NCBI RefSeq assembly: GCF_009914755.1
Contig: NC_060942.1
Strand: one strand, 5' to 3'
DNA: 64,000 nt
Source of the DNA: the human T2T-CHM13v2.0 reference genome, Homo sapiens
Shown here: positions 41,310 through 55,680 of the stretch, in pieces
Layout: each line of letters begins with the position of its first letter
How positions within the stretch are numbered: position 1 is the stretch's first letter
Made by a program: the position numbers and the translations under genes
The notes under the pieces: generated by a model
What the model was told of the DNA's origin: nothing
The model's input: only the letters and a program-made list of their open reading frames with translations
The model's database searches: none

Positions 41310-43835
41310 TGAAGGGAGAGAAGCAGGATGAACCCCAGGCTGTAGTGCAGTTCTGAGAATGTCTCAGCCAACCCAATGCAAAACTCCAAAGCAAAAAATG
41401 TCTAATATACAAGTCACATGTTGGGTAGATATGGCCTGGCTCTAGTGCTTCTGCCAAGCTCAGGCATTGACTGGGAGAAGCCTAAAGAGAGCATGGACTC
41501 AGTGTGAATGCTATGAGGTACCTCTAAGATGCATCAGCTGGAGGCTGTCGACTAATTATACTACTTGTAGCATATTCCTTATTTTTTTTCCAGGGAGATC
41601 TGAGCCAGGCATGTCTATGGCTTGGAAGGTAGTATATTCGTATAGTTTGGTGTCCTAGTTAAAATGTATGCCTTTAAAGAAGCCTGGTATCAAGTTTTCT
41701 ATTTAAATAACAGTTTTCAGCAGGACAGTTCTTGACCTTTGACAAACCAAATGCAATTTGGTTCCTAGTGCCATTTGCCAGACACTCTGAAAAACATCTC
41801 AACTTGTGACAGACTTCCCTAATTCTGTTGCATTTGGTAAGACAAAAGGCAAGAAGCAGAATAGTTTACCCTACACCTTCAATATGCCACACAGCAGTTT
41901 ACAGCTTCAGGTGCAACTCAAAACTGACCACATTAAAGGTTACCTGGTAAACAGGTCAGAGCAACATACACAAAATTAGTATATTTATCCTTCTATATCC
42001 AAAGAGGTTCACCAAGTCTTTTGCCTCTTTGATTAGTGATATAATGCGCCATCGTTTGCATCTCTCTGTAGAAAATATATCTTGATGTACCCAAGATATA
42101 TTGTACACCACTGCTAAATATGTAGTATATTTATTTACACTATATACATCCTGGATTTGGGAAAATAACCACATGATTTGTGGATGGTCATAAAGAATCC
42201 AGTGGAAGGAGAAAGGGGACCAAGAGTCCCCACATCCCCTGGGATTCCCATTGCCCTCACTCTATTATACTTTGGTGGTATTCAGGGTCTCTGAATATTA
42301 GCACTATTTCAGAGGTAGGACCTAATAATACCAGAAGTTCTGGGTACATTCCTTTATCCAATATATATGGTAATGGCTATAGGCCCTTCAAGGCAAGGTT
42401 TAGAGGGAGAGTCATAGCCTATGCCAGTGGCTACTCAGTTAAGGTATTTTGTGTCAGCCTCCTCTGGGAAGCTGAGGTCTGAAACTTGGTAAAAGTATAT
42501 GAATCCCTTAAGGAGACTTGATCTAGGTTTTGTCCACCAGATCTACAGACTCAGCTTATGTCACAAAACACCTCATAGGCTGCCTAACTATTTTATTCCT
42601 AGAGACCCCCTGAGCAATTGAACATCATCACAGTTTCCCATGGAACATTTAATCTGCTGTCACTCTGTCTGTGAAGCTCATTATGATCACTATTCCAACC
42701 TTGTATGTGACAGTAAAGTGCATCACCAGCCTTCTGCAGAAAAAGGGATGACTCAGTCAACAATAGAAGTACCTTGAGATTTGGGGGTTCCAATTGCATA
42801 GCCTTGCTCATCTCTGCCCAATATTGCCCTTTTGACTACTCAGTGAGTCTCTGCGTCCCCACCCCTGCCCTAAACTTAGTATAAAAGACCCAGAAGTCTC
42901 TTCCAAGTACTGGCTCTCTGCCTCCATTAATTAATTGGTGGTGGATCCCTGCCTTCATTAGAGTCAAGCCATTGGCTTGATTCTTAATCGTATTTGTCCT
43001 GAAACTTGAGGAGATGAGGACTTCAACAAAAGCTGACATAGGAGCTTTCTCATTTTCAACTCATGTTCTGAATTAGTATTCAAGGCCTCAGTTTGTTATT
43101 TTCTCTGTATATACTATGCAGGGTCATGTGACAAAGTTAGCTGACAACTCAGCCTTTATAATCATTATTGTTGCAAAAGAGAGACTAATTTACAAACCAG
43201 CTGATTCCTAACACCTTACATTCTGTCGAATAATGATGTTATCCCTTGACTCAGACTACTGTGTAATATTTCTCTCTAGTGAGCATGTCGGCCATGTGCT
43301 TCTTAGCTATATGAGAAACCAATCTCAGAATCCCAATTTGAAGCTGTGTTTGCTGGGGCCACATATGCTACCAAATACTGCTATGAACAAAAAGAAGGCA
43401 TTACAAATAGGTACTGTGGAGAGCCAAATAAAAGGATAACATACAACATATGAGCAGGATTTGGGGAAATCAAATGATTGGTTAAAAATCCTGGGAATAA
43501 CAAAATGGTGAGTTTTTACCATCCACAGCCAGAGCACGTAATAGGAAATAGAGGTAACAGAACCCAGAATTATCAACTATACTCCTAGAAGAGGGTCATC
43601 TGACAGGAGTTCTAGCTATCAGTAGAGTAGTAAGAGTGAAACGGGAAAATTAATTTCCAAATATCACCCTTCTTCTGCCCTCCAATCTCTTGCTGGAAAT
43701 CCCATTAGGAGATGGAAGCCAGAAAGCAAGGGTTCTCCTTTATTTATTCCAAATAATTCAACCATTTAGAGCACAGAGCAGGATGGTGAATGGTGAAGAA
43801 ATAGATTCAGATGAGCAAATAAAAGTATCCAACGG
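41310..43835 (-). mobile_element. Ancient ERVL-class remnant (LTR16/LTR33-like pieces around a HERV16/ERVL-like internal gag-pro fragment)
   Basis: The minus strand at about 42150-42400 resembles the ERVL protease region; LTR-like segments at about 41310-41620 and 43600-43835. Confidence 0.55.
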
Positions 43836-44625
43836 GGTGTTAAATGCTTCTACAGATGTCTAGGAGGGTGCCCTAAACCCACGTGACCCAATGTGGGTCT
43901 AGCCTCAGGATAAGAGATAATAGGAAATAGTAGAAATTCAGGATAGTTTTGATAAGGATACAAAAGGTTCCTGGGTTACTTTCTGGTTGAAACCCAAGAA
44001 GATGCTGACCCTCAGAGAGCAGTCCATAAAACCAGCATGGTATAATAACAATATATTAGGAATTGTGACAGAGCAATTTCATGTAGAGGTAATCTGAGAA
44101 AGGCTCCATCATGCTCCAATCTCTCACAGTCACAGAAAAGAGAGAAAGTGAGACTGAATCTTTCCCATATTCACTGCTCTTCTTGAGAGGGCGACAGGGC
44201 ATCTGAGATGGTGAGACGAATTGATGAAATCCCCTAAATAGTTATGGAACCCAAAAACCAATGCATAAAAGCTACTGTGGAACCTTAAACATGGCCTCAG
44301 ATGCCAGTGGTACTAGATGCTAACAACCAAAGACTTCAGGGTAGGCTCCTTCTCAGATGCGTGGCATAAGATAGAGGACATACCACACCCATCGATGACA
44401 AGAAACTCCATAAAACATGGTGAGTAGAGGAGTCTTGAGTATACTCTGAGTTCATTAAGTGCAATTGAAACAAAATGTACTAAAATATATAAGCTCCATT
44501 GAAACCTACTAGATTCAATTATGAGCCATCAACCAAGTATTCAAAACAGAGATTATGTAATTGATAAGTAAAAAGTTACATTTGCCACCTGCATATGTGA
44601 TTTGAAAATTCCTACCCAGAAAGCT

Positions 44626-44626
<1 letters not shown>

Positions 44627-44656
<30 letters not shown>
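44627..44656. repeat. (CA)n microsatellite
   Basis: Seen directly. Confidence 0.95.
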
Positions 44657-44657
<1 letters not shown>

Positions 44658-45844
44658 TATATCTACATAGTCTGTTGCACTAAAAATAATTTGAGCAAAA
44701 TTGAGATCCGGGTGAATAGAAAAATTTTTCAATACCCATAGTTCTGTTCTGACTACCATCAGACATTTCAATTTGTAATTCCAATAAAATATATTACCCA
44801 AATGGCCTACTGTGTTAATCAGCACCATTTAGCTTAAACTCCACAAGCTTTATCTTCTACATACAATCTATAGCTCAATGTCATAAAAAAGTTATGTTTC
44901 TAAAGAAGAACATACATTTGCAGTTATTTTATTTTACTTTAATCTGTGACTACTTCTAACTGATAGTACTTAAAGCTTATAAATTTTACAAAAGGAATAA
45001 CACAGTGATTATTCCTAGTGAAGCCCCTAGGGTGTGTAAGTCCAAGCAGTGATGACCACCACATGTCTTATTTAGCCTTCAAATTTTTCCTCTGACACAA
45101 GATGCTATTGCTAAATTAATTATAATGTAGAATTCCCATTATGATTATGTGTATGTGTTTCCTTGCAGTCTTTAACGTTTAACCATAAGATCAAAACAAA
45201 AATTTCCATTGTAATAAAACTCTACTTTCCATTAAATTTTAATACATTAGAAATATAAAACTAATATTTTTCTTGATTTTTAAAAGATAACAATGAACAT
45301 TTGTGAATAATGAGAAGACATTTGTGCTTCAAATGAACACAGCATATGCCAGGTTTCAGCCCCAAGGTAATTTTTATGACCGAGTTACCAGATCCTAAAG
45401 TTTTTATGGTAGATATGTCACCTCTTTAAATATACATACAATAATTTCAAGTCTTTTGTCATATGAATTATTTCTGTTAATAATTTGGAAGCTCAAAAAT
45501 GATTCTCCTTCTTAGTATGTCATCATGTCTGTTAAAATGTTATTTTATATCTTCTATCTTATTGAATTTTTCTGCTTCAAGCTCTATTTTTTATTGTATG
45601 ATTGTATACCGAAATACAAAAACACACTAACAAAAGTAATGTTTCTAAGGCTACATGGACTAATGGTTGCATTTAGGAAAATGTTACATTTAAAAGATTA
45701 ATATTCTTCTTAAATTATTATTAAATATAATGCACCTACTAACCTAGTAAGTAGCTTGCATTTAGCTATTGCTCTTAATTTTTAAATTCTTTGCTGCTAA
45801 ATCTCCACTGATCTGCAAACATATTTAGGAGGAAGAAGGAAGTA

Positions 45845-46090
45845 TAGCAAGCATTTATTATCCTTACTGGATACCTATTAAATATCAGATGCTGTTCTAA
45901 ATGCTTTAAATTCATTAATTTATTTAATCATCACAAAAATTATCTGGAGTAGTTACTAATACTATGCCATTTTTATAGATGAATAAACAAATGTATGTTT
46001 GTAGAAAATATCACAGACAATAGGTGCAGAAAGCTGTCTAATCCAAGCAGCTAAATTACAGACTCATAATCTTAGCCACTTTTCTGCCTT
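45845..46090 (-). mobile_element. MIR SINE
   Basis: tgctgttctaaatgcttt...tttaatcatcacaa...ccatttttatagatgaataaac. Confidence 0.7.
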
Positions 46091-46284
46091 ACTGCAAATA
46101 TGGGAAAACACAGGAAAATATAAACTGTTTACTCTAAAATTACAGTCTTATATTTTTAAGTAAAATTTAGGTAATCAGATTTTAATTCTATATCTGCTGA
46201 AAATGTTTTTTAGAATCAACTGAATTTAGGAGAATAGGATCAGTTAAATCATATGATTCAAGAAACAACCATAAAAAAACTTAC

Positions 46285-46394
46285 CGTAAAAAGAAGTTTA
46301 ATTTTCCTGAAAGATACATTTCTTTAATATCTCAGAGCTATGTTATGTGGCAGCCTTGATGACAGAGGAAGTTATTGCCTAACACCACAATATC
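46285..46394 (-). pseudogene. Relic exon 6 (110 nt, phase 0-2)
   Basis: Branch-like gttaat plus gttgtttatcttttag|, donor ACG|gtaagt. Reads DIVVLGNNFLCHQGCHIT*L*DIKEMYLSGKLNFFL. Confidence 0.65.
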
Positions 46395-47934
46395 CTAAAA
46401 GATAAACAACATATTAACTTGTTCGAAAACATATTTTAGGCTTCGGTGCTAAAGGGATATTTCTAAATATAGCAAATCTACCTCCGCATTATAATTAGTT
46501 CAATTTTGTTATAATGTTAACACTAGAATTTCTTTGTAATAAATACCCCATGACTACTTTACTAGTCCCTCCAGATTACAAAAAATCTTCAAAATAGCAC
46601 ATTATGTAGGAAATGCTTCACCTGTGAATATGTGAGGCAAATTGTTCTACATACACGAAAACCTCCTGGTTTCAGTTCCTATGTCCTCCCTCACCTATCT
46701 CTGCTTTTCACCTCCTACAAACTTGCATGCATCTCCACTCCCACCCATGCCACATAGAAGTCTTTCTAGCTCAAGGAATATGTGAAGAGGATAGTAAATG
46801 CCTGACAAGCTCTAATTCTATCTTGTAACAATCAGAACTTTTATTTCCCTGCAGGTTTTTCACCTCTGGGAAATGAGAGCCCATTATTCCACCTGACACA
46901 TGAAGCATAAATAAAATAAACAGAGGGAAAAATAAAACAGGCTGTGATAACCATAACCTTGAAGGAAACAAATAGCTGAAGAGGTTAAATGTTGGTATGA
47001 TCTAGTATTGATTCTTTAAATATCTCATTGGAAAATAAGAATGAAACTAAACAAATGTATTATTATATTTAGTAAGATTTATTTTTTCTAATTTAAAGAT
47101 CTAGCATTCCTACTATGCCATAGAGCTTTAAATTACTCTCTTAAAATTATTAATGATAACATTAAGCATCCTAAAGCAATTCTTTTTAGTTAAGAGAAGT
47201 TTTATTTAAAACTTATTTTATTTTTATTTAAGTTTTATTTAAGAAGTTTTATTTAAAAGAGCAATTTTATTTAAGTTATTAGCAATGGTTTGTAGATAAA
47301 TGGATTAACTCATGAAATTAACTCTTAGGTTTAAAATAATTTATTTGATTTAACATGTAGTTGGAAATGAGAAATTATTTTCTTAAAGTAGTCAGCATCA
47401 AAACTATTTTTGATAAAGTGTTTTTTTTAGAAAATGAAACTATCCATACATTGAGTCATTTATTCATTCACTAAACAAATGTTTACTAACCACTTAGCTA
47501 TTTGCCAAAATTTTTATTGCAGTGAACAAAACAAAGGCTCTGCCCTGATAAAGTTTACATTCCACTATGGGAAACAGACAATTAATCCATACACAAATGG
47601 ATATGTAATGTCAGGTGCCAAGAAGAAAAATAAGAGAAGTTAAGGAAGTAGAGTTATGAGGGTGGGTATTATTTTAGATGTATTGTTTAGGAAGATCTCT
47701 TGGAGAGGGAATCATTTAAAGAGAGATTTGAATGAAGTAAGGGAACAAGTCACAAGGCTATTTGGAGAAGTGTCACTGACTGAGGGAACTACAGATGCCA
47801 AGACCCAGAGGCAAGATAATGTAGATGTTTCTGCTATTTTTATATATTTATAGTAGTGTTAGAGGGTCAAACTGCTTTCTGAAAAGTTATGTACTGAAAT
47901 TAATTGGATTTAAAGGGAATTAATATTAGGAGCA

Positions 47935-48310
47935 TGATATGGTTTGGCTGTGTCCCCACCCAAATCTCATCTTCAATTGTAGTTCCCATTATCCCCATAT
48001 ATCATGGGAGGGACCCAGTGGGAGGTAATTTAATCATGCGGGCCATTACCTTTATGCTGTTCTCATGATAGTGAGTGAGTTCTCAGGAGATTTGATGGTT
48101 TTATAAGGGGCGTTTCCTCCTTTCGCTGGGCACTTCTCCTTGTTGCCACCATGTGAAGAAAGACATGTTTGCTTCCCCTTCCGCCATGATTGTAAGTTTC
48201 CTGAGGCCTCCCCAGCCATGCTGAACTGTGAATCAATTAAACCTATTTCCTTTATAAATTACCCAGTCTTGGATATGTCTTTATTAGCAATGTGAGAACA
48301 GATTAATACA
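47935..48310 (+). mobile_element. THE1C-like MaLR solo LTR
   Basis: tgatatggtttggctgtgtccccacccaaatctc ... gaacagattaataca; perfect TSD gagca at 47930-34 and 48311-15. Confidence 0.93.
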
Positions 48311-49651
48311 GAGCAGATCACACACATTTTTTACAACTTCAAAAGCGATGACATAAACAGTTGTAGGTACCACCAACTGGGTCACCTAGGTAGGTAGTTA
48401 AGCATGACTGGGTGCTACCATAATGTGGGTCTTTAAAATGCACAAAATCAATAACTTGAAATCAGTTGGCAACTCTTAATATCAGACCTAGGCTTGCAAG
48501 AGCTGAGAGAATGAAGAAGAAAATGCAGTTGTAAGAGTTTGAGAGAGCCATTGAGTGGGCATGGGAGACAGTCCAACCCACACAGCTGAGAGTTATGCAA
48601 GGCTGGGGGGTAAGGTGTGCTGGTAAACGTGCCTTGTTTTTTCTTAGAGTGGGTTCTTAACCTCCAGTACAGCAGCTGAGCAAAGGCTTATTTCTTCCCT
48701 GTGGAAGTAGCTACAACTCTTCTCTTGCCATGTAGTTCCCTTTGCCTAGGAAAACAATCATATATAGATGTAGTACAACCTTGCATTATGCTGACATCAT
48801 TACCCTCCTCACCTATCAAATAGAGGTGAACCTGCATTGCTGAAATATGTATTATAGAGAAAAATAATCTTGCTGTGTTTGTGGAAGAAAAATTAGGACA
48901 GTGTGCCTGGAGGCCAATGAGTGAACAGAACTGCTAGAAAATTACATCAAATAAGCAGGTATGTAGCGAAGACCAAATCCTGTAAAACTTAGATATGGCA
49001 GCAGGGCCAAATCATACAGTCATTAGGACTTTAGATTTTACTGTCAGTGCTATGAGAAGCAATTGGAAGGTTATGAGCAGGGGAATAAAATAACCTGTCT
49101 TACATTTTATAAGAAACACTGGCAGTTGAGCAGAGGATAGGACCTAGGAGTTGAGAAAGGGAAACTGAAGTGTTAGCTAACTATTCTGATGAGGGATTAT
49201 TGCAGATTAAACATCATCTAGTCATGCTTATGGTAGTAAATGGTCAGATTGTGAATATACTGTTATAGATAGAGCAAGTAGGATTTTCTCATAGACCAGG
49301 TGTTGTTAGAAATAGAGAGAAGTCAAGTATAACTACAAGGTTTTTTCTTTTGCTCAATCCAAATGAATGTAGATATCATTTAAAATGATGGAATACACAG
49401 GAAAAGGAGTATTTTAACAGAGGTTCAGGAAGAAATCAACAGTCTCATTTTGAACATATTAAGATTGAAATACCTAATAAAAACCCAAGGCAGGATGTAG
49501 ACTCCAAGATAAAAGAGAAAGGCTAGGTGAGACATATAAATCATTGCATCAGAATCTTAGGCATAGCAGTTGAAAATATGGAACTCAATGAAAGTCTCTA
49601 AGGAGTAAGTATAACTACAGAATAAGTCTGAGACTGATTGGTGGGCAACAA

Positions 49652-49652
<1 letters not shown>

Positions 49653-49691
<39 letters not shown>
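49653..49691. repeat. (ATT)13 microsatellite
   Basis: Seen directly. Confidence 0.95.
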
Positions 49692-51174
49692 TTGAATCTA
49701 GAAACTTGACAAGGGTCCAGAGAAAGAGCCTGGGAATGAGTGAAAGACAAAGGACACTCAGAAGAGTAAGAGCATTATCAAATTGAAGCAAACCAAAGGT
49801 TTTAAGATCTAACAAGTGTGATCGAGTGTGTCAAATAATCTATATGAGGTGACGATTGACAATCAGTGAATCTCAGATGTATAGGTCTTTGGGGTTCACA
49901 ACTGCATGATCTCAGTGAGGCAGTAGAGTGCAATGAGAACAGGATGGGAGAAGAAATAGAAGTATACACAACAATTGTGAGGCATGTAATATAAGACAAA
50001 ATAAAAGTATGGCCTGAAGCTGCAGGAAAATGTGAGGTAAAGAAATATTTTAGTAAGCTAATAAATATTACTGCATGCTTATGTGGCAGTGAAAATGGCC
50101 CAGTATAGAGGAACACTGGATGTAATAGAGGCAAAAGATAAATGTGGGTGCAAAACAATTAAGTAAATGTGAAGAATGAGGATGAAGAAGCATGGTAAAA
50201 TTACACACTGAATAAACCACTAGGCTCAAACCACAGGCTATAAAAAGAGAACATTTTAGAAGTATATAACTGGCCTCACAGACAAGTTAGATATTCCTAA
50301 GAGATGAAACAGAACAGAAATAAAAAATAGCACCAGGAGCAGAAGTTGTGAGTTTCCTGTACTCCAGAAACCAACAGAGGCACCTGGAATTTAAGTCATC
50401 CTGAATAAGAGGGACTAAAAGTGCTCTACAAGAGTCAGTGACCAGAACTCAGCTTACTTCTGGAACCCTTTTGTTTACCCTGGTCCTACTTTTGAGCAGG
50501 TTCTGGATAAAAACAAGAAAGCCCCCAACATTGGTTGGGTCTTATGGCTTACATGAAACTCTGCTGTTAGGAAAAAAGAGGGCATCGGTAAGTGCGGCCA
50601 CATGTCTAGAAATGGAGCAAACTCACCTTCTGGCAAACCAACATAAGGAATATAAAAAAGAGAAGCAACAAAATCAACAATTTGGAAGTAAATTTACTTT
50701 ATGTGACAAAAAATTAAATGGTTTTTGCAAAATACTCTAAATAATTATATTTAGAATCCTAGATGATAACAAATATCTACGAAATGCCAATTCAATGCTA
50801 GACATAATTTTAGGTGTTGGGAATAGCACCAAACAAACAAGACACACAAAAATCATTACCTTCATGGAATTTAAATTCCATGGATGAAATAATGAAAATA
50901 ATTTCATATAAATATACAAGAAACTCTGAAATAGAACAAGATGAAATAAATCATAAGCAATCTATATGAGGTGAATCAAATTAAAATGTTGGAAATATAG
51001 TCATCATTAACATTTTTAAATGCAAAAAAAATTAATAAGCCCTAGACTGAAAACTTGAAGAGAATCAATAAATTGGAAAACCAAGAACACATATAGAAAC
51101 ATAACAACATTCAAAAATATGAAGAATGAATTTTAAAATGTAAACATTATTTCAACACACATCTAGTAGGAGCT

Positions 51175-51330
51175 CTAGATCAGGGGTTAAAGAGCCAGAT
51201 AGTAAATATTTTAGGTTTTGCAAGCCAGACAATACCAGAGCATCTATAGACAATTCAAAAACAAATGGGTAATAAAAGTTTGTTAACAAAAACAGGCAAT
51301 GTTCTTAGTTTGCCAATCTCTCTTCTAGAA
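51175..51330 (+). mobile_element. MER58-like hAT-Charlie fragment within old L1/HAL1 ORF1-like debris
   Basis: caggggt...agccagatagtaaatattttagg...acaaaaacaggc...tagtttgccaa. Confidence 0.6.
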
Positions 51331-51812
51331 GAAAAACAGAAACTGGTGGAAAATCAGTATTAAGAGGTAAGGGTAAACAATTTTCCAGGAATAAAGAAAT
51401 TCATTAGTACTCCATTCAAAAGGACTTTCTGACAGCAAAGCAGAAGTAAAAAAAATAAATAAACACATAGATGCATTATAGTATAACTACAAAATATCAA
51501 AGACAGAAGATTTTAAAAGCCACCTGAGGACAAGAACTGCTGACTTACAAGGGAACAATAATTAAACCTGTAGCAGATTTCTTATCAGCTCAATAATGCC
51601 AAGAAAAATTGAATAATATATGAAAGTTGTCAACCTAACCCAAAATCTGATACCCTACTAATTATTCGAGAAGGTAGCCCAATTAAATTACTTTATAATA
51701 AAAAATACTACAATATGTTAACACTATCGAGCAGACACTAAAATATGTAAACCATAAACTTCAGCAAGAAGAAAATCCAACACAGAATGAAGAAATGGGG
51801 ATTAAAATATAC

Positions 51813-52340
51813 ACAGCTGATTGTCATTATTCACAGTGATGTTCTATATAGGTGTTGGAAACTGAATTTTTGAATTCTGAGCCATTGCTCCTGGTAGAAA
51901 TTTATAAGTGTATATCTATATCTATAGGTATACATCTATATCTAGATATATATATATATCACATATAATGTTAAATCTTAAAAATAACATCATAGTTGAT
52001 TCTATTTTATTTATTTTGCAGAAAAGAAAATGAGGTTCAGAGTGTTAAGTGACTTGCCATATCAAAGTTGTGTCAGAGTTGGGAGTCAGACTCGGTCCCA
52101 CTAACCCCAGACCTGGAGCTTCTTGCACTACATCGAATGCTCCTAACATCTCCACTCTCTGGTCATCTGTGCATGAGATCTGAGCAAGAAGGCAGAGCAT
52201 AGTCTTGTTCCACCTCAACTGTGAATGTGTGTCTACTTCAATTTCTCACCACCTGAGTATGGATTTTAGGGTTCCAAATAAATTTCAGTGAATAGGCAAA
52301 TTTACAAATATCACATCTGGGAACAATGAGGGTCAATTAC
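51813..52340 (-). mobile_element. MER82-like TcMar-Tigger element
   Basis: cagctgattgtcattattcac start; ggattttagggttccaaataaatttcagtgaataggcaaattt...aatgagggtcaatt end. Confidence 0.7.
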
Positions 52341-52531
52341 ATACCTATCTGTATTCATGATATCAGTATAGTTTCCTATTACATGAAAAACAAATGTGAT
52401 ATATTTGGTTTTGTGAAAACTTAAGCTACAAATTTCAGACAGAAAAATAAGATAGAGGGGCATCATTCGTGAAATAAGTATATAAGATTGACTTCTGTAT
52501 CTCTCTGGGGAGTCATGTAGACTTATCAAAT

Positions 52532-53071
52532 TGTGCAGAAAAGTGTTAACATGTTAATAGGCCTGATATTGCTATCCTGAGATACTCCCCTAGTTAGTGC
52601 TTGGTTGACATTTGGGAACTAACATTTCAGGAGGGTTCTTACTATTCCGTAACTGATAAAGGTGGCTCACTGGACATAAAGTATTAGTGCAAACAGTGTA
52701 GCTTGCCAAATACCTGGTTTTCTTCTGGGAGTCTGGGATTTTGGTACATGCTAGGCAAAGGGCACTCAATCTAAAATCCCTGGGCACTGAGTTTTTAATG
52801 AGCCTCCCTGGCAGACGATATCTCACTCATGTTGCCACAACACATTGTTAGAGGAATTAAGTGATCCACTAGGAGAGGACTCTTGGGAGCACGTGCCAGG
52901 TTTCTTCAAGACTTTGCTCCATGTGCCTTTTCCATGTGATGATTTTGCTTTGTATCTTCATGCTGTAATAAGTCAATATATCAAGGTCCCTAAGTATGAC
53001 TATATGTTGAGTGCTGTGAGTCCTCCTAGTGAATCGCTGAAACTGCAGTTGGTTTCAGGGACCACTACTCA
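52532..53071 (+). mobile_element. MER68-like ERVL LTR
   Basis: tgtgcagaaaagtgttaacat start; ctgggagtctgggattttggtacatgctaggc; gagtcctcctagtgaatc. Confidence 0.8.
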
Positions 53072-53089
53072 TGAATGAATGTCTATTAA

Positions 53090-53555
53090 TTCTTTAAAAA
53101 GGAGATCCTGCCATTTTTGACAACATGATGAACCTGGAGGACATTAGGCTAAGTGAAATTAACCAGACATAGAAAGTGAGATGCATGATCTCACTTACAT
53201 TGAAATTTTAAAAAGTCAAATACAGAGAAGTAGAGAGTAGAATGGTGGTTACCAGGGTCAGGGAGTTAGGGAAAATAGGGAGATATTGGTCAAAGGGTAC
53301 AAAAGTTCAGTTATGTAGAGTGAATTTGTCTAAAGAGATAATGTACAACATGATGATTGTAGTTAACAATACTGTATCATAAACTGGAAGTTTCCCAAGA
53401 GAGTAAGTTTCAGTGCTCTTATGACACTTACAAAAAATGGTAACTGTGAAGAGATGGGTATGTTAATTTGCTTGACTGTAGCAATCATTTTACCATGCAT
53501 GTGCATATCAAAACATCATATTGTATACCTTAAACATATACAATTTTTACTTTAA
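53090..53555 (+). mobile_element. L1MA (MA8/9-like) 3' end
   Basis: gatcctgccatttttgacaacatgatgaacctggaggacatta...atcaaaacatcatattgtataccttaaa. Confidence 0.8.
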
Positions 53556-54137
53556 ATGTTTTAAACTCCAAAACATTTATAATTATTTGTGAAAATTTTA
53601 TAGCCTTAGGAAGCATTGCTTCCAGATATAATCCTATAGCTTTTTAAGTACTTTTTTTTAACCCAGTACAATCAACTATAAATTGGACAAAATATATAAG
53701 CATCTCTTTTTTTTTGGACATTAGAAAACAGGCAAAGCAGAATTCTAATCTATGAGAGAAGGAAGAGCTGCACATGAGTTGAGCTGCACATTTGCCCAGT
53801 TCTCTGTCCAGGATATGGTCCCCTACTGTGGCACAGGGAGCTGGGGCCCAAGGGTAGTGGCAGTCTCACTGAACTGGGAAATGAGAACTAGTTAAAGGCT
53901 GCTGAAGCATTAAATTTGGGGTTCAAGGTAACAGAAAACAGGGAGCTGGATGGAGTTGGCAGAACTCTCTGTACCTCCACTGCCATTGGTAAGGATAGAA
54001 GTACTGGGAAGATCCAGAAAGAGAAGTTATTTCCCAAAGTAACAGACCATGAAGACTCAGTGCCAGGCACAAAAGTCATTATTCAGAGTTCACAGAGTTC
54101 ATTCTCATGATCATTAAGCAATAAGGACTTAGCAAGG

Positions 54138-54525
54138 TGATATTGATTGGATCTGTGTTCCCTCCCAAATCTCATGTTCAATTGTAATCCCCAATGTTGG
54201 AGGTGGGACTTGATGGGAGGCGATTGGATCATGGAGGTGGATCCTTTATGAATGGATTAGAACCATGCCTTTTGTGCTATTTTCATGATAGAGTTCTCAC
54301 AAGATCTGATTGTTTAAAAGTAGGTAATTCCTCCCCACCCCCCTTTTTCCTGCTCTGGCCATGTAAAGTGCTGGCTCCCTTTTCGCCTTCTGCTATGACT
54401 GTAAGTTTCCTGAGGCCTCCCCAGAAGCAGAAGCTGCAGAACCATGAGCCAATTAAAACTCTTTTCTTTATACATTACCCAGGGTCAGGCATTTCTTTAT
54501 GGTGATGCGAGAACAGACTAATGTG
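54138..54525 (+). mobile_element. MSTA-like MaLR solo LTR
   Basis: tgatattgattggatctgtgttccctcccaaatctcatg...gaacagactaatgtg; near-TSD caagg/ccagg. Confidence 0.88.
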
Positions 54526-54967
54526 CCAGGGAAGAGCTAGAAAAAGTAGAGTGTGAAAGCAAGAGAGTTAAGAATAAGCCCTGATAGACATTGGAAGTCA
54601 GTTTCCAGATAATGAAAATGCCTACTTTTAATCAAAAATTGTAACCATCATGGGAGAGATGCCAGCAGTTAATTAGTGGGAAAGCTAATACATAAAATGT
54701 CCCATTCTTGTATTAAATTTTCTACATGACGTCATGGTCTGACACTAATGTTTTTGTCTCATATTTTACAATGTTTCCTTTATGCCTATTTATTTTATTG
54801 TAAACAATCATCCAGACAACATGTTATAATTAAATGTGTTTAAAATTTACCAGTTTATGAAATTTAATGAAGCAACTATCCTATCCAATCCCTAGTCTTC
54901 TTCCTGAATGCAGATTCAAACTAATACTCAAGATTGCCACAAAATCTTAAATTGGATATAATAAAAT

Positions 54968-55017
54968 ACACAGACACACACGCGCGCGTGCACACACACA
55001 CACACACACACACACAC
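54968..55017. repeat. (CA)n with an internal (CG)4
   Basis: Seen directly. Confidence 0.9.
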
Positions 55018-55631
55018 TAGCTTCTCCAAATCTTATGTTCCTTTGCCTCCTTTTGTGATTAATACAAATTAATATTCACGGTACTTATAACACAAGACTT
55101 TGGAGTCATATTTGAACACTCCTAAAAGACTCAGAGTCCAAAACACCTGGAGTCACATTTGAAGACCGTGCTGCAACATCTCCCACCCTACCCTGCTCAG
55201 CAAACAATGGGTTGCCAAATCATGAAGATCCCATTCTGCACTCCAAAATCCCGACAGAATAATGTCCTCAAAGCACAGCTTTAACCACATCATTTTCCTG
55301 CTCCCAAACCACTCTTCACCTAGTGCACATTACTTTAATTGAAGAGGAGCTATGAAAAATAAATACTCTCATATACTAAATTTATAATCTTAAATATGGT
55401 AAGGACAGCAATGTTGCAAGAACCCTGAATCATCACAGCCCTGGAGGTTAAGGAAAGCATTGTGTGTTAGTAAGCCACTAATAAAGTACAGTAGACAAAT
55501 CTAGTTACAAAATAAAATGGCAGTTGCTTAAATAATGGTAGCCTGTTTAGTATGTAAATAGTAAATTTTGCCCCTGGCAGACTTTGGTTTCTATTTGTCA
55601 ATTCTCAAAAACATTAAAGATATTTCTAAAT

Positions 55632-55680
55632 TGTGTGTTTGTGCGTGTGTGTGTGTGTGTTGTACGTGTGTGTGTGTGTG
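55632..55680. repeat. Interrupted (TG)n microsatellite
   Basis: Seen directly. Confidence 0.9.

Larger units (their letters stand above)
47450..50160 (-). mobile_element. LINE-2 fragments (47450-47820 and about 48880-50160)
   Basis: tcatttattcattcactaaacaaatgtttact 3' end; gagagatttgaatgaagt; ggactttagattttactg. Confidence 0.6.

Noticed and set aside
55101-55163. Imperfect 16-bp direct repeat tggagtcayatttgaa around gactcagagtc
   Set aside because: Only two copies, within probable L2 debris; no further structure.
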